Positions 39,301-51,630 of a stretch of DNA of 64,000 nt are shown here, piece after piece. Within the stretch, counting starts at the first letter, position 1. Every line of letters starts with the position of its first letter. Below the pieces are notes generated by a model. The model made no database searches. It worked only from the letters and a program-made list of their open reading frames with translations, and was not told the DNA's origin. Both the position numbers and the translations under genes were made by a program. This DNA comes from Octopus vulgaris (taxonomy: Eukaryota): NCBI GenBank assembly GCA_951406725.2, contig OX597814.1, forward strand, positions 70,742,001 to 70,806,000, given 5' to 3'.

Positions 39301-40555
39301 TAATCAACTCTTTCAGGTTCTTATCCGTACTGACTTTTGGTTGGGGCTCTCTGTCTGTTGTATCTTGTGTTTTTTTTCTGTTCCCATTTTCTCTGTATTT
39401 CTTCTTTTAGTTCCAGATGAAATAAAACTGGATCTCTTCCTGTCAGGTGTCTCAGATGAACCAACTTCACGGCAGGAGGTGCAGATGAGGGCAGCTGCAT
39501 CGAACTCTCTCATGCACCAAATGGCAATTGCTAAAAAGCATTCGTGAAGTAAAGTCATGTAGCAACACCGAATGACGGTGCCCCAGGACGTGAGTTGAAA
39601 CTAGATAAAATATATATAAAATATATATATATATAAATATATATTTCTCCCTATCCATGTCACTGTTTCGTGCTGTTGGTTGTTTTACAGGTTCTTCTAT
39701 CTCATTACCCACAGAGGGGTCCTCGAAAACATCCTCTTCTTGGTTTTCTGTAGTCCCTAATTCTATTTCATTTGTATTTGGTGTTATACGGTGATATTTG
39801 TTGACTTTTTCTATTTCTTCCAGCTCTGTGAGCCTCCTGTTTTTAATGATATCTCTTCGGACATTCCCTAACTTGTTGGAATCCATATTTAACCTTGAAA
39901 TTGGATTTTGTTGTCCCCATAATTGATAAGTCTTTTTTGTTGTGTTATCTTCTGATGGTGTGACTACCGCCGTCTAGTATGCTTCCATGACTGGTTTATA
40001 CTCTTCCCGATTCCATTTAGTTCTAGGGGTTTTGCGTATAGTATGACTTGCATCGGTGGGGCTCAGGTTGAGGTTTTCCTAGGTTAAGTTGCCCACAGTT
40101 GTCCGGGAGTGGGTAGAGTTCGAATCAGTAACCAACAGTTCGCACCCAGCCTGACACCTCACTAGGGGGCGCGTTCCTTGTTGACCCGCGAGACGAGCGA
40201 TGCGGTATGGGCTGTTTTAATTGAATTTATCCATTATTGGTTAACTTCTGAGTATATTCATGGTGATTGGCTACATACTCCTTAAGTACCTGAGTGTACC
40301 CTCTGCGTATCACAAACATTGCTGGTTCCACCTTCAAGGCCGTTGTCCATCTGACTCTATGGGTCATCCACCCTCTCCGCCGTCTCAGACTTCATGCACT
40401 TAAGGGAAGGTATCCCTTCAGCCACAACGGAAGTCTAACTGCCGTTGCCCCTCAGTTTAGTACCACTGTCGAGTGGAGTTCCCGGGGCTTCACCGCCGGC
40501 GTGCACAACCGGCTACTTGGAGTCATAAGTGAGAGTTGAGCTTTTTTTTGTGAAC
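36392..40555 (-). mobile_element. R4/Dong-like non-LTR retrotransposon (RT + CCHC + restriction-like endonuclease), degenerate, near full length
   Basis: YRPITCLPTMYK, EQKG, WIDYKKVFDSVPH, SHLFYMDDLK, FGLEKC, YKYLG, GGRGL, CRMC..ETVNHILTGC, LWD..I.TD..IKANRP..IDVTVP; 3' end abuts (ATT)n. Confidence 0.9.
39410..39610 (+). mobile_element. CR1 3' fragment inserted in the Dong-like element
   Basis: KLDLFLSGVSDEPTSRQEVQMRAAASNSLMHQ plus tail. Confidence 0.85.
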
Positions 40556-40649
40556 TAGTGATCATCATCCATGCTCTTGGCATGCGACAGATGGGGAACA
40601 GAAGTTGTTGTTGTTGTTGTTGTTGTTGTTGTTGCTGTTGTTGTTGTTG

Positions 40650-41130
40650 TTATTATTATTATTATTATTCTATGTTTGAGTTTTGCTTTATATTTGTACA
40701 AGTCGGCTCCAAGTCTCACCCAGAGACCTCAAGAGACAACAGGTTGGAAGTTCATGTTGTTGTTATGCCTAGTGTGCCATATATTTGGGTGGGTGGGTGG
40801 GTGGGGAGTTTTTGGTGTTGTACTAATGAATGTCTAAAAAAAACCCGAAAATTATGTTTGTTTTAAACCTTGAGATTACATAGAAAGTATTTTGCGTAGG
40901 ATATGAGCAGTTCCCATGAGCACTATCTTTTGAATTTCTGCCATTTTGGGGTTTCCTGGTATCTGAGTTACGTAGCTATCAGCCCTTTTTGCTATCATTC
41001 CCAGGGCACCTATGACAACAGGTATTGTTTTAGTCTTCAGCTTCCACATTTTGCTGATTTCTATTTCAAGATCTTTATATTTGCTCAGTTTTTGGTAGGT
41101 CTTGACAGATACGTTTATATCGATTGGGAC
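40650..41130 (-). mobile_element. 3' fragment of a second R4/Dong-like element
   Basis: KLSKYKDLEIEISKMWKLKTKTIPVVIGALG...IQKIVLMGTAHILRK; flanked by (TTA/TTG)n. Confidence 0.85.
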
Positions 41131-41198
41131 AATTATTATTATTATTGTTGTTGTTGTTGTTGTTGTTGTTGTTATTATTATTATTATAATTATTATTT

Positions 41199-41410
41199 AA
41201 GGAGGCGAGCTGGTAGAATCGTTAGAACGTCGGGCGAAATTCTTTGCGGTATTTTGTCTGCCGCAACGTTCTGAGTTCAAATTCCACCGTGGTCGACTTT
41301 GCCTTTCAACCTTTCGGGGTCGATAAATTAAGGAACAGTCAAGTACTGGGGTCGATGTGAACGAATTACCTCCTCTCCTCAAATTTCAGGCCTTATTCTT
41401 ACAGTAAAAA
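41199..41410 (+). mobile_element. Meta-like tRNA SINE
   Basis: Homologous to 33070-33460; (ATT)n tail. Confidence 0.75.
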
Positions 41411-41424
41411 GGATTATTATTATT

Positions 41425-41469
<45 letters not shown>

Positions 41470-42584
41470 GAGTGAGAGAGCAGTTCATGCCATCAAAGTG
41501 ACACTGGGGTAAAATATACGAAGCCCAATATACCCATCATGACTACCCGAATGATAAGGATACACCAGGCACATGCATCACAACCATATGTGCGTGACAT
41601 GGTGATTGCATATCAAGATAAACAGCACATGACCTTGCAGGTGGGGCCCAGTTAGAACTTTCTTCAGGTTGAGTAGCCCATCCCGCTCAAAAGGTCCCTG
41701 AATAAGGGTTGTTTGAGGATATTGAAAGAACCACCCATGTTTCCAGAGGTGAATTATTCAAACCCCAAACAATCCCTCTCAACACATGGCTATGATGCTC
41801 CCCCACCACTTCTGCTCGTGATCAGAGATGCACATATCGTCAGCCACTAAGGGACATGCTCAACTGGTTAAGGTCAAACAACTGACAAGCAAATCTGTGG
41901 TATTGAGCAGAATATTTGCTGTAGCCCATCTTTTATACCAAGACAAAACAATGTACATGATAACACTTCCAGTCAGTTAAGACCAAAAGCCATGAGAGCC
42001 ACTGCATGGTACTGCATCAGGGCATTTATTATTATTATTATTATTATTATTGAGTGAGAGAGCAGTGCATGCCATCAAAGTGACACTGGGGTAAAATATA
42101 CGAAGCCCAGTATGCCCATCATGACTACACGCCTGATAAGGGTACACTAGGCACATGCATCACAACCACATGTGCGCGCCATGGTGATCTCATATCAAGA
42201 TAAATAGCACATGACATTGCAGGTGGGGCCCAGTTAGAATTTTCTTCTGGTCGAGTAACCCATCCCGCTCAAAAGGTCCCTGATTAAGGGTTGTTTAAGG
42301 ATGTTGAACGAAACACTAATGTTTCCAGAGGTGAATTATTCAAACCCCAAAGAATCCCTTTCAACATATGGCTATGATGCTCCCCCACTACTTCTGCTCG
42401 TGATCAGAGGTGCACATATCATCAGGCACTAAGGGACATGGCCAACTGGTTAAGGGAAAACAGCTGACAAGCAAATCTGTGGTAGTGAGCAGAATATTTG
42501 CTGTAGCCCATCTTTTACACCAAGACAAAACAAGGTACATGATAACACTTCCACGAGAGCTACTGCCTGGTACTGCATCAGGGC

Positions 42585-42585
<1 letters not shown>
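41470..42585. repeat. Two tandem copies (41470-42026 and 42052-42585) of an unclassified ~550-bp element separated by (ATT)n
   Basis: gagtgagagagcagt.catgccatcaaagtgacactgggg ... gtactgcatcagggca repeated. Confidence 0.85.
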
Positions 42586-42621
<36 letters not shown>

Positions 42622-42676
42622 GTCATCGTCATCGCCATCGCCATCGCCACCGCCACCTTCGTCATCGTCATCGTCG

Positions 42677-42716
<40 letters not shown>

Positions 42717-42724
42717 TTCTTCAG

Positions 42725-42880
42725 GCATTTCTTCTGACTTTATGTTCTGAGTTCAAATGCCGCCAGAGTTGACTTTGTTTTTCATCCTTTTAGGATTGAT
42801 AAAACAACTACCAGTTGAACATTGGGGTCGATGTAATTGACTTAGCCCTTCCCGGAAATATTTGGCCTTGTGCCAAAATT
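42725..42880 (+). mobile_element. Degenerate Meta-like SINE
   Basis: gttctgagttcaaatgccgcc...gactttgtttttcatcctttt. Confidence 0.6.
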
Positions 42881-42915
42881 TTAAACTATTATTGTTATTA
42901 TTGTCATTGTTGTTG

Positions 42916-42946
<31 letters not shown>

Positions 42947-43039
42947 CAGTTATTATTATTATTATTATTATTATTATTGTTATTATTATTATTATCATTA
43001 TTCTTTTTGCCTACTACTACTACTACTACTACTACTGCT

Positions 43040-45145
43040 ACTACTACTACTTCTTCTTTTAAATCGGGCCTTCTAGATTCTATTACTCTGTCAGTCTAAA
43101 TGTTAAAACCCCACATCTTATATTTCTTACTTTCTAGCATTTTACTAGGTTCATGTTCATGCCATTTATCAGTATGGTCAAATCCTAGCTCTCTATATAA
43201 CTCACAGTGGATTACTCTCCCTAGGTTATCATGTCTTTTTTTGTATCCTTTCTATGCCAGCATGCTACATTCGCTTACTATATGGGTAACGCTTTCCTCT
43301 TTTGATTTGCATAACCTATATTGGGAATCTACTTGGTTTTTGTCTATCTAGGCGTTTATACAATTAGTCATTAGTGCTTGATCAAGTGCTGCTACTAACA
43401 AACTTGCTGTCTCTCTTTTCAGCCTTTCTTTCTGCAACCATAACCATGTCTCACTACTACTATTTGCTGCAACTATCTTTGGGAATCTGCCGTGCAAAGC
43501 TTTCTCTTGTCAGAAAATCTTTCTTCTTTTTCTTGAATTTTAACTTCGTTTGGGTTTTTGGTTTCCCTTTCTCCTGTTGTTACACTAGGAACTCTTAATA
43601 AATTTTCTTCACTGTGAACTGCGTAAAAGGCTATATCTTCTCTAGTTAAATCCTCGCAGTCTTCTATCGATATTAACTCTCCACCACATTGCTACTCCTG
43701 CTCTTAGGTGAAGTCTTTCATTCATATTGAATTCCTTCCTAGTTCTTCTGTCTAGATTTGCTTGTTCAGATTTTTCCAATCTACAAAATCTGCTGAATAT
43801 CTACGTATCTGAGTAGCAATACTGTCCAAGAATTTTGAAGCCTTCACTAGATTTGAACCATTTAACTTTGACTTCATTAGCATCCTCACCTGATTTACTC
43901 CTCAATTTTCGTTTTCATTTCTATAATTAGTACTCTATCAGATTCTAATACCCCGTAGATACTTATAACTCTCTCATTATTTCAGTGATTTTTAATGTCT
44001 GGCCATCTGGTAATGGGACGCCTTCACTGCTAACTACCTGTCCCCTTTTCATGACTATTATTGCACACTTATCTATGCCAAAATGCTGAAGAGTCTAACA
44101 GTCTGTAATTAAGGAATATGTTCTTTTCATTCTTTTAAAAAGCTTTGGATTAACCATGGAGAGCAAATAGATAATTTTTCCTTTACTATCTCTAAACTGA
44201 TACCCTGCCTCTGCTTCTCGTAATGCTAAATCGAGTTGGGTTAAGCATAATAAATATTATAGGGGATAACGAGTCTTCCTGGAAAATTCTTCCCTTGATA
44301 TTAATTTTCCCTGTGTTACCTGAGTAGAGTCTACTTTCAATTTCTTCATGCTGTAGCTAATTAATTCTCTTATGTTCTCTGCTATATTGAATATACTCAA
44401 ACATTCATGAGTGTGGTATCATGTCATAGGCTTTCTTATAAATAATCCTTGCTATTGTTAAATATTTGTTTCTAGATTTCACTTCTTTTAGAACTGTTTT
44501 ATCTATATATCATAGATCATGCGTTTCTCTAGTCTTCTTCCTGCAACCTTTCTGTTCTTCTGACAGTAAATTCTGGCTGACAAGGTGCTGAAATCTTTCT
44601 TGTTAACAGCTTTCACACTAACAGTCTATTATTACTAACTGTATTGCCCTTGCTTTTGTCTTTCATAAGGAGTACTTTTCCCCCTCTAGTCACCCAATAA
44701 GGCATTACTCCTCCATTCAGGTAACCCTAAAGTTGTCCCCTCAGTCTTCCATATAAGCTACTAAATTTCTTTAACCAGTGCCCTTGAACTATATCTAGTC
44801 CTGGACCCTTCCAAGTTGGCATTCTTCCTTGCACTTTATTCATTAATGCACTACTTGGCTGCTTCTCACTAACTACTTCCCCCTTACTTTCTTTAACCAT
44901 GCTGCATTCCATTGTGGTTGATTGCCTTATCCAAAATATTACTCCTGAACTCTCTAGCTTCTTCTGCATTAGGTTTCTCATCTTCAGTATTTTCTTCTAT
45001 GCTGTTTATTTGGCTATGAAATCTCCTCTGGTCAGTCTCAAACAATCCTTTCTGTTGGTATTGATCTATTCTTTTCTGATATCTGGAAAGCCAGCCTGCT
45101 AGTTTTATATGTTGCTTCAACTCTTCCATGACTATCTCAGATCCT
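43040..45145 (-). mobile_element. Highly degenerate R4/Dong-like element
   Basis: LSRYQKRIDQYQQKGLFETDQRRF, WKGPGLDIVQGHWLKKF, EEQKGCRK, IFQEDSLSP, HFGIDKCA, WHEH. Confidence 0.8.
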
Positions 45146-45194
45146 TTCCAGTAACGTCATTTACTGCATCTCCTGCTCTTTCAACCCTACCCTG

Positions 45195-45925
45195 TATTTT
45201 TCCTCAGGAGAAGACTGAAAAACTTAAAGCAGGGATTTTTGATGGATCACAGATCCGTATGCTCTTGAAAGACACAAATTTCGTGGAAACGACGAATGAA
45301 TATGAAGCATCAGTTTGGCTAGCCTTTGCAGAAGTAGTGCAGAATTTTCTTGGGAAACACAAAATTGAAAACTATAAAGACCTTGTTACCAACTTGATAT
45401 CAACTTTTCTTGATATTGGTGCGAATATGAGCACCAAAATGAATTATCTTTTTAGTCATCTTGATCGTTTTCCTGAAAATCTCAGAGATGTTAGCGATGA
45501 ACAAGGCGAACAATTCCATCAGGACATTAAGGAGATGGAAACTCGATACCAAGGACGTTGGGACGCTATAATGATGGCAGACTATTGCTGGTGTTTAAAA
45601 CGAGATACTCCTGTTGCTCAACATTCACGATGCACAAAGAAGCATAAATTTATTCCTTGAGTTTTATGCCAAAAATCTTTGCCAATGTGCATTTTCAATT
45701 TTCAATTTTTGTTTGTACTTTGTTTTGTGTTATGTTCGTTATCTTTATTGATTCCTCTTATATGCCACTTGTATGAATAAAATACTTACTCTATCAGGTC
45801 TAGTCAGAAAACTAGACCTGATAGAGAAAAACTAAAGTTAGTTTTGAATTTAGCAGGCAAAATCACTTAAGAATTCTTTGAAATATTCCAGGCACGAGAC
45901 AAAAAATTTTTGTTGTTGCCCAGTG
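45195..45925 (+). mobile_element. 3' part of a Chapaev3-like (CMC) DNA transposon
   Basis: GIFDGSQIR...FSHLDRFPENLRDVSDEQGEQFHQDIKEMETRYQGRW...MADYCW; ends CAGTG followed by TTA (TWA-type target); subterminal hairpin 45790-45826. Confidence 0.7.
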
Positions 45926-46080
45926 TTATTATATTCAAGCTGGTGGAATTGACTATATAAATACTTAAATACTATCACTAGGGGTATAAATAATTATTAT
46001 TAATAAGAAGTGAAATAACAATAAGGATAAAGCAATAGAAAAATAATCACACAAAGCACACATATAGATAAATATATGTA

Positions 46081-46365
46081 ATGAATGAGGGAAACGGAAA
46101 ATAGAGTTCGCAGGAATCTTTATTGAACACCACAATGATTGTTTTTATTCATCCTGCATCTCTCCCTTGCGGGTGAGATACAGTACAACTGGTTGTGTTG
46201 CCTCCTCCAGTGCAGAATGCATCTCATCGGGCGTCTTACACTGGAGGATGCTACACAATCAGTTGCACAGTATCCCACCCGTAAGGGACAGATGCAGGAT
46301 GAGTCGAAACGATCGTCGTGTCGAATAAAGATTCAAGCGAAATCTATTTTGTTTCCCTAATTCAT
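46081..46365. repeat. Diverged ~140-bp-arm palindrome containing the 3' half of an HHR
   Basis: atcctgcatctctcccttgcgggtgagatac versus gtatcccacccgtaagggacagatgcaggat; GAAAC gatc GTC at ~46306-46317. Confidence 0.75.
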
Positions 46366-47517
46366 AATAAACTCAACGAACAGTGCGTAATTCCAGTGAC
46401 ACTTATATCAAACCTGTGGATGGCATCAGGTAGCATAAACAGTGAAAGTACTTTAATCGGCATACTACTAAACATAAACCGAAGGTCCAAATAATTACTT
46501 ATATATAAATAAATATCTATATAGTGTTACATACATATATGTATATATATGTATAGACAGATATAGTCACATACGTATATACATACCTACAGATATATAC
46601 TTACATAGTTACCCAATATATATATATATATATCTTTGAATTTTAATATTTTATAAGTCTTATGGTGTAATAATATTGTTTTTTATGTAAATATCGTTGT
46701 TTATGTAATGATCTAATTATCGTAATTTTCTTTATAATTATTAGATATTAGCTTTAAGTTTATTCGTAAGAATTTACTTAGCGATAGATATGTTGTTTGA
46801 TAGCAAGTATACGAGTTGTTTGAAGTTAGGTTTATGTATATACATGTATTAATAGCATTAATTGTAGTTTTAAATTTCTTATAATTATTATTTTAACTTA
46901 TCTATTGTTCTTTTAAATTGATATTTGCTAGATTTATTATTCCCATTGATAAATATATTTATAGTATTTATTTGATACTATATAACTACGAATTGATTAT
47001 TTCTTTAAGTATTTTAAATATAAGATTTCTGAAAGTTATTATTTAGCCAACGAGATATAAAGATAGTTAATTTGATATAGCGTTCGTTTAAGATTGTTTT
47101 TTTTTTGAAATTAGTTATTTCATCTTTAAATATGAAAAATTAATTTATTAGGTCTTTATTATATGTGCATATATATATTTATAGAGATTATTTTAGATCT
47201 TAATTATGATATTTATATACATTTATATATTTTCATTGATAATTTATATATTATTTGAATTTTATATTTTTAATAATATAATAGTTTTTTTGTAGAATAT
47301 TTATGTAATTAGATATTGACTATTACTGATATTAGATTATTGGTGGGTTTCTTACCTTAAAAATTAATACTTAAAGATTAAAATTAATAATTAACATTAT
47401 AATTGATGTTTTGATTTTCTAGTTTGATAATAGAGTTTTTTATAAGTAAAATTATTATATTATTTATTTCTTAAAAATATTGTTTAAATATTTCTGTTTA
47501 CTTATTAAAATATTACA

Positions 47518-47615
47518 ATTAACCTGAAGATTGACTGTAACCATAATTCGAATTATTAATTGAATTTAAATTATTGTTATTCGAATTGGTTACGGGCATG
47601 AAACGATCGTAGTGT
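47518..47615 (+). ncRNA. Type-I hammerhead ribozyme, extended stem II, weak stem I
   Basis: aac CTGAAGA ttgactgtaacca..ttcgaat...attcgaattggttacgggcat GAAAC gatc GTA gtgtt. Confidence 0.7.
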
Positions 47616-47949
47616 TTTTACTATTTATCTTATATTAAACTTTTAATACTTTTTGATAGTTATATAATTTACAAAAAAAATAAATAAAAAATAAATAAAT
47701 AAAATAAAATAAAATAATAAAATAATAAAATAATAATATATATATATATATATAAAATTTATAAGTTTAAATTATTTAAATAATTTTAACTTTAATTTAA
47801 ATATTTTAATTTGGAATTTTATATTTTATATTTTTTATATGTATGTTTTATATATTTTTTTAATTAATTTTTTTCTATGTATTGGCTTATGATTTTCACT
47901 GTTTGATTTGCCTAATAGTGGTTTTATCTCTAATATAATGTAATATAAT

Positions 47950-48171
47950 ATAATATTAACATGTGATCTCTTGAGCACTACCAGCTCAAATATTTTTTCT
48001 TCTGTCTTCCCTCCTTGGGATCTTTCCTTCTCCTTGTTTCCGACGAAGAGCTCCGCTCGAAACGTTTAACCCTCCTTCCCTTCTTTCCTGAGCGTCAATA
48101 ATACTTTAATTGTTCCACGTCCTGCGTTGCTGTGTTTTTTTCTCATTTTTTCTGTGTTTTCTTGTTTGGAT

Positions 48172-48177
<6 letters not shown>
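47950..48177 (+). mobile_element. PLE pseudo-LTR fragment with variant minimal HHR (~48036-48070)
   Basis: tgtttc CGACGAA gagc tcc gctc GAAAC gttt aac; core deviates from CUGANGA. Confidence 0.45.
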
Positions 48178-48203
<26 letters not shown>

Positions 48204-50790
48204 CTAGCAGCATAGCCCGGCGTTGCCCGGGTATATAAGAAACTTTGTCGATAAGCAATGCTCTTTACCTTTTTACCCTTTTTTGTACTCATTGAACCGT
48301 TATTTTGTAAAATGAAGCCTAAAAGGCATTAAGGCATTCAAAGCACCGTTCCCTTGCATGCATGAAGAAAATCTATGACAGTCAAAGTGCATTTTCTGGT
48401 TTTGATTTGCACACCCAACCCAGTTCTGCGGGATCAGTGTCGCGACGGGAACGCATGGGTTGGGAGTTTGACAGGCAGAGGTGATAAGGTTGCACATGCC
48501 GGCCCTTTTGCCCCCCCCCCGAACTCAAGTTGGGTTCGGACCACAGCTAAGCCCTACCTAATCCTAATTTAAATCTAGCGAAAGGAGGCTCGGGAGCCTC
48601 TAGTAGGCAACGACTAATTCCGATTTAGTCCTTTCCCTCTAGGGAACGAAGGCGCATGTGTAGGTTGCAACGTCTTCTCTTCACTCCAATACTTCTGTGT
48701 ATACGACGTTCCTAGCTGTCCCTTTGGGCGAAAGCATGAAAACATCATTGCGCCTCCCAACGTGTGAACAGCCCACGTAGAGTTGACCGTGGGCGAAGCA
48801 CTGTTCGCCCAAATGTAACCCAGCGACTTGTAGCGTTTGGTGTTGAGGTGTTTCGGCAGATCGAGTCGTAGCTGTGTTTGCGGCGTCAGCAGCTTGGCGA
48901 GCTCTCTTCTGTTGAGGTGTTTCGGCAGATCGAGCCGTGGCTGTGTTTGCGGCGTCAGCAGCTTGGCGAGCTCTCTTCTGTTGAGGTGTTTCGGCAGATT
49001 GAGCCATGGCTGTGTTTGCGGCGTCAGCAGCTTGGCGAGTTCTCCTCTGCTGTGAGTTTTCGACAGATCGTGTCCTGGCGGTGCTAGCGGCGTTAGCCGC
49101 ATTCCGAATGGCCGTTTGTTCGGGGTTCTCGCGAGCTCTGCGGATGGAAGCACAAAAAGAAGCCCGCATGTTTTGGCTGGACTGTTGCTCTTACTTCAAC
49201 CTCGAGCGGAGGGAAGATCTGTACGCTGTGGCTTTGCAAGTCGGGTAGAACGGTCGCTAGTAGTTTCAGATGCCTGAGCAGCGGCAGAACGGGAAGCGTT
49301 TTGCGAGAGGCGCAAGGCGGTGTCCTCGTGAGTCTCGCGTGCCCTTCTAGCTCTAGCAGCCGATGCCTTGGCCGTCCGAGGGCTGAGGAGGGTCCTTCTC
49401 TTCTTGGGTGGCATTTTGGTGGATAGCAATGTATTTGGCAAAGGTGTAATAAAAAGGAACACGTGGGGTAAGTATCCCAAAATGTACAAAAGCGGAAAAA
49501 AAGCGGGCAGCAATGTGAGTGACAACAACGAAAAAGCGAAAAGTAACTAAACTGAACAAACGAATGGAAAAGGTTTTTTGGTGCACACGACAAAAGCGGC
49601 TTATAATAAACCAAGAGTTTGAAAGTAGCATCCGAGGACCCTTTGGGTACGTCAAAAATTTAAGGTAAAACGTTTGGGGTGGTAGTTATAAAGAAAGTTT
49701 AAACAAAAAAGTATTCGAATAACTTGCGGCTGCAGCAGCGATTAGCAGAAGTAGGCCAACGTGTGAAGCGAGCGGGTGTGAACCGAGAGAAGAAGTGGGA
49801 GTCACAAACTATACGTGCACAACTGAGTGTGTCAGTGCATGTGATTGGCCAAAGGGTGTTTAATTGAGAGCATTGTTCACCGTTTGGGGAGCCAATGGGA
49901 AGAGCTGCAATCATCGTGTCAAGGACACGCGGGCACGTGCGCACACAACCACAAACGCATCTACAGCCCAACATTGTTCGGATTTGAAGCAAAAGGAAAA
50001 AATATACCATTTCTAGTAACCTTTATGATAAAAGCGGCAAAAATCGACTAAATCGCCTGAAATCCGCCAACTATTTAACAAAAGTCAGTTTTGTTGGTCT
50101 CAAAGAGATATGGTTTTGTCGATTTCTCCCAATTGACTGCATTGACAAAAGGTCGTTAGTTTGACATTTAATGCAAACTTGATGTCCAACATCGGTGTAG
50201 GGAAAATCTATGTGAACTTTCAAAAAATATCGCAGAAAAATCGGTTTGCTATGTGTGCCACATATGTAATTAACCGATTTTTTCCAGTAATAACGTATCC
50301 TATTGGAATCAAAAGGGCCATATAGCTCCTCGGAGCAGATATGATGCTCGCTGTGAATTTCCAAAAAATTCCTGCCAATTTGTTAAAGATATTGTCGAAA
50401 ATATGTCATCTTGAATTTGAACGCGATTTCCCAAAATGGCATGATTTTATCGATTTTTTTCTGCTGGTAAGGTATTGCATGGAAAACTAACGTCAGAATT
50501 AAGTTCCTTAGAGTAATATTAAGCTTCATCATGGGTTTGGTGAAAATCGATTGTAAGTTGCGAAAACTACAACGGAAAATGTGTTGCATATGATAAGCTT
50601 AGATTCTCGACCCCATGTCGAATTTATCAATTTTTTTCAGAACTGGGGAAACTTTTCGCTGCGTTAGTTTTGAATTATGACATTGGGCTATGTGTGTGTC
50701 AAGTTTCATCAGAATCTGTTGAAAGCCGTGGTCAGGGTGAGGGTACAACCTGACAGACACACAGACAGACAAACTGCCTTTTATATATAT
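48204..50790 (-). mobile_element. Internally deleted Helitron
   Basis: Minus 3' end cccgggcaacgccggg...CTAG followed by T; 5' end tataaaaggcag; codes 23-aa repeats and the Pif1 helicase C-terminus LQVAGLHLGEQCFAHGQLYVGCSHVG...NVVY. Confidence 0.9.
48681..49414 (-). pseudogene. Helitron RepHel remnant: N-terminal STPR-like repeats joined to helicase C-terminal tip
   Basis: MPPKKRR start; 69-nt repeats at 48842, 48911 and 48980 (SAETPQQKRARQAADAANTATAR). Confidence 0.8.
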
Positions 50791-50793
50791 ATT

Positions 50794-50842
<49 letters not shown>

Positions 50843-50919
50843 TATATATACCCATATATATACATATACATACAGATACAGATATATATAGTTAAACCAA
50901 CATATATATATATATGCCC

Positions 50920-51350
50920 ACAATTTCTTCCCTAGCCCCACCTCCCAACCTGGCTCGTTCTCCGCTCCTGCCCACGCAGCTGTTATTGCCCCTACCCCTC
51001 CAACACCACAGCCTCACAGGCACCCATCATCGTCCCTATCACATCACTGACTTCATTTATCTGCACTTTCAGTAACGTCATTTACTGCATCTCCTGCTCT
51101 TTCTGCCCTTCCCTGTACATCGGCCAAATGAGACGCCGCTTGGCTGAGCGGTTCGCGGAGCACCTCCGTTACATCCGACTCGGCAATTATACCCCGGTCT
51201 CGCGGTCATTCACTGCAACATCTGTCTGTGTTCGGACTGTCTTTGCACAGGGGTCATCCGGACACCCGCCTTCACCGTGAACTGGAATTAATCTTCACTC
51301 TTCGGTCCTTTGTGCCACATAGACTCAACTCCCCTCCTCTCTTCATCTGA
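50920..51350 (+). pseudogene. PLE GIY-YIG fragment
   Basis: SNVIYCISCSFCPSLYIGQMRRRLAERFAEHLR...RELELIFTL; a short piece also occurs at 45150-45195. Confidence 0.8.
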
Positions 51351-51580
51351 CTCTCCCCTCCTCTCCTCATCTGACTCCCGTCCTCTCTTCATCTGACACT
51401 TTTTCTCTTCGCTCCTACCCACCTCCTCTTTTCATGGATACAGACGTACATATATATATACATTTAGGCACACATATATACACATATATTTGAATTTTCT
51501 TATAATTAAATAAATTTCATCATACTATTTCTCTCGTCATTTATTACTGTACACATGCACACACACACATATACACGCAC

Positions 51581-51630
<50 letters not shown>

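Noticed and set aside
40380-40600. HDV-like ribozyme at the 5' end of the Dong-like element
   Set aside because: GC-rich hairpins are present but I could not assemble the nested double pseudoknot; a descriptor search is needed
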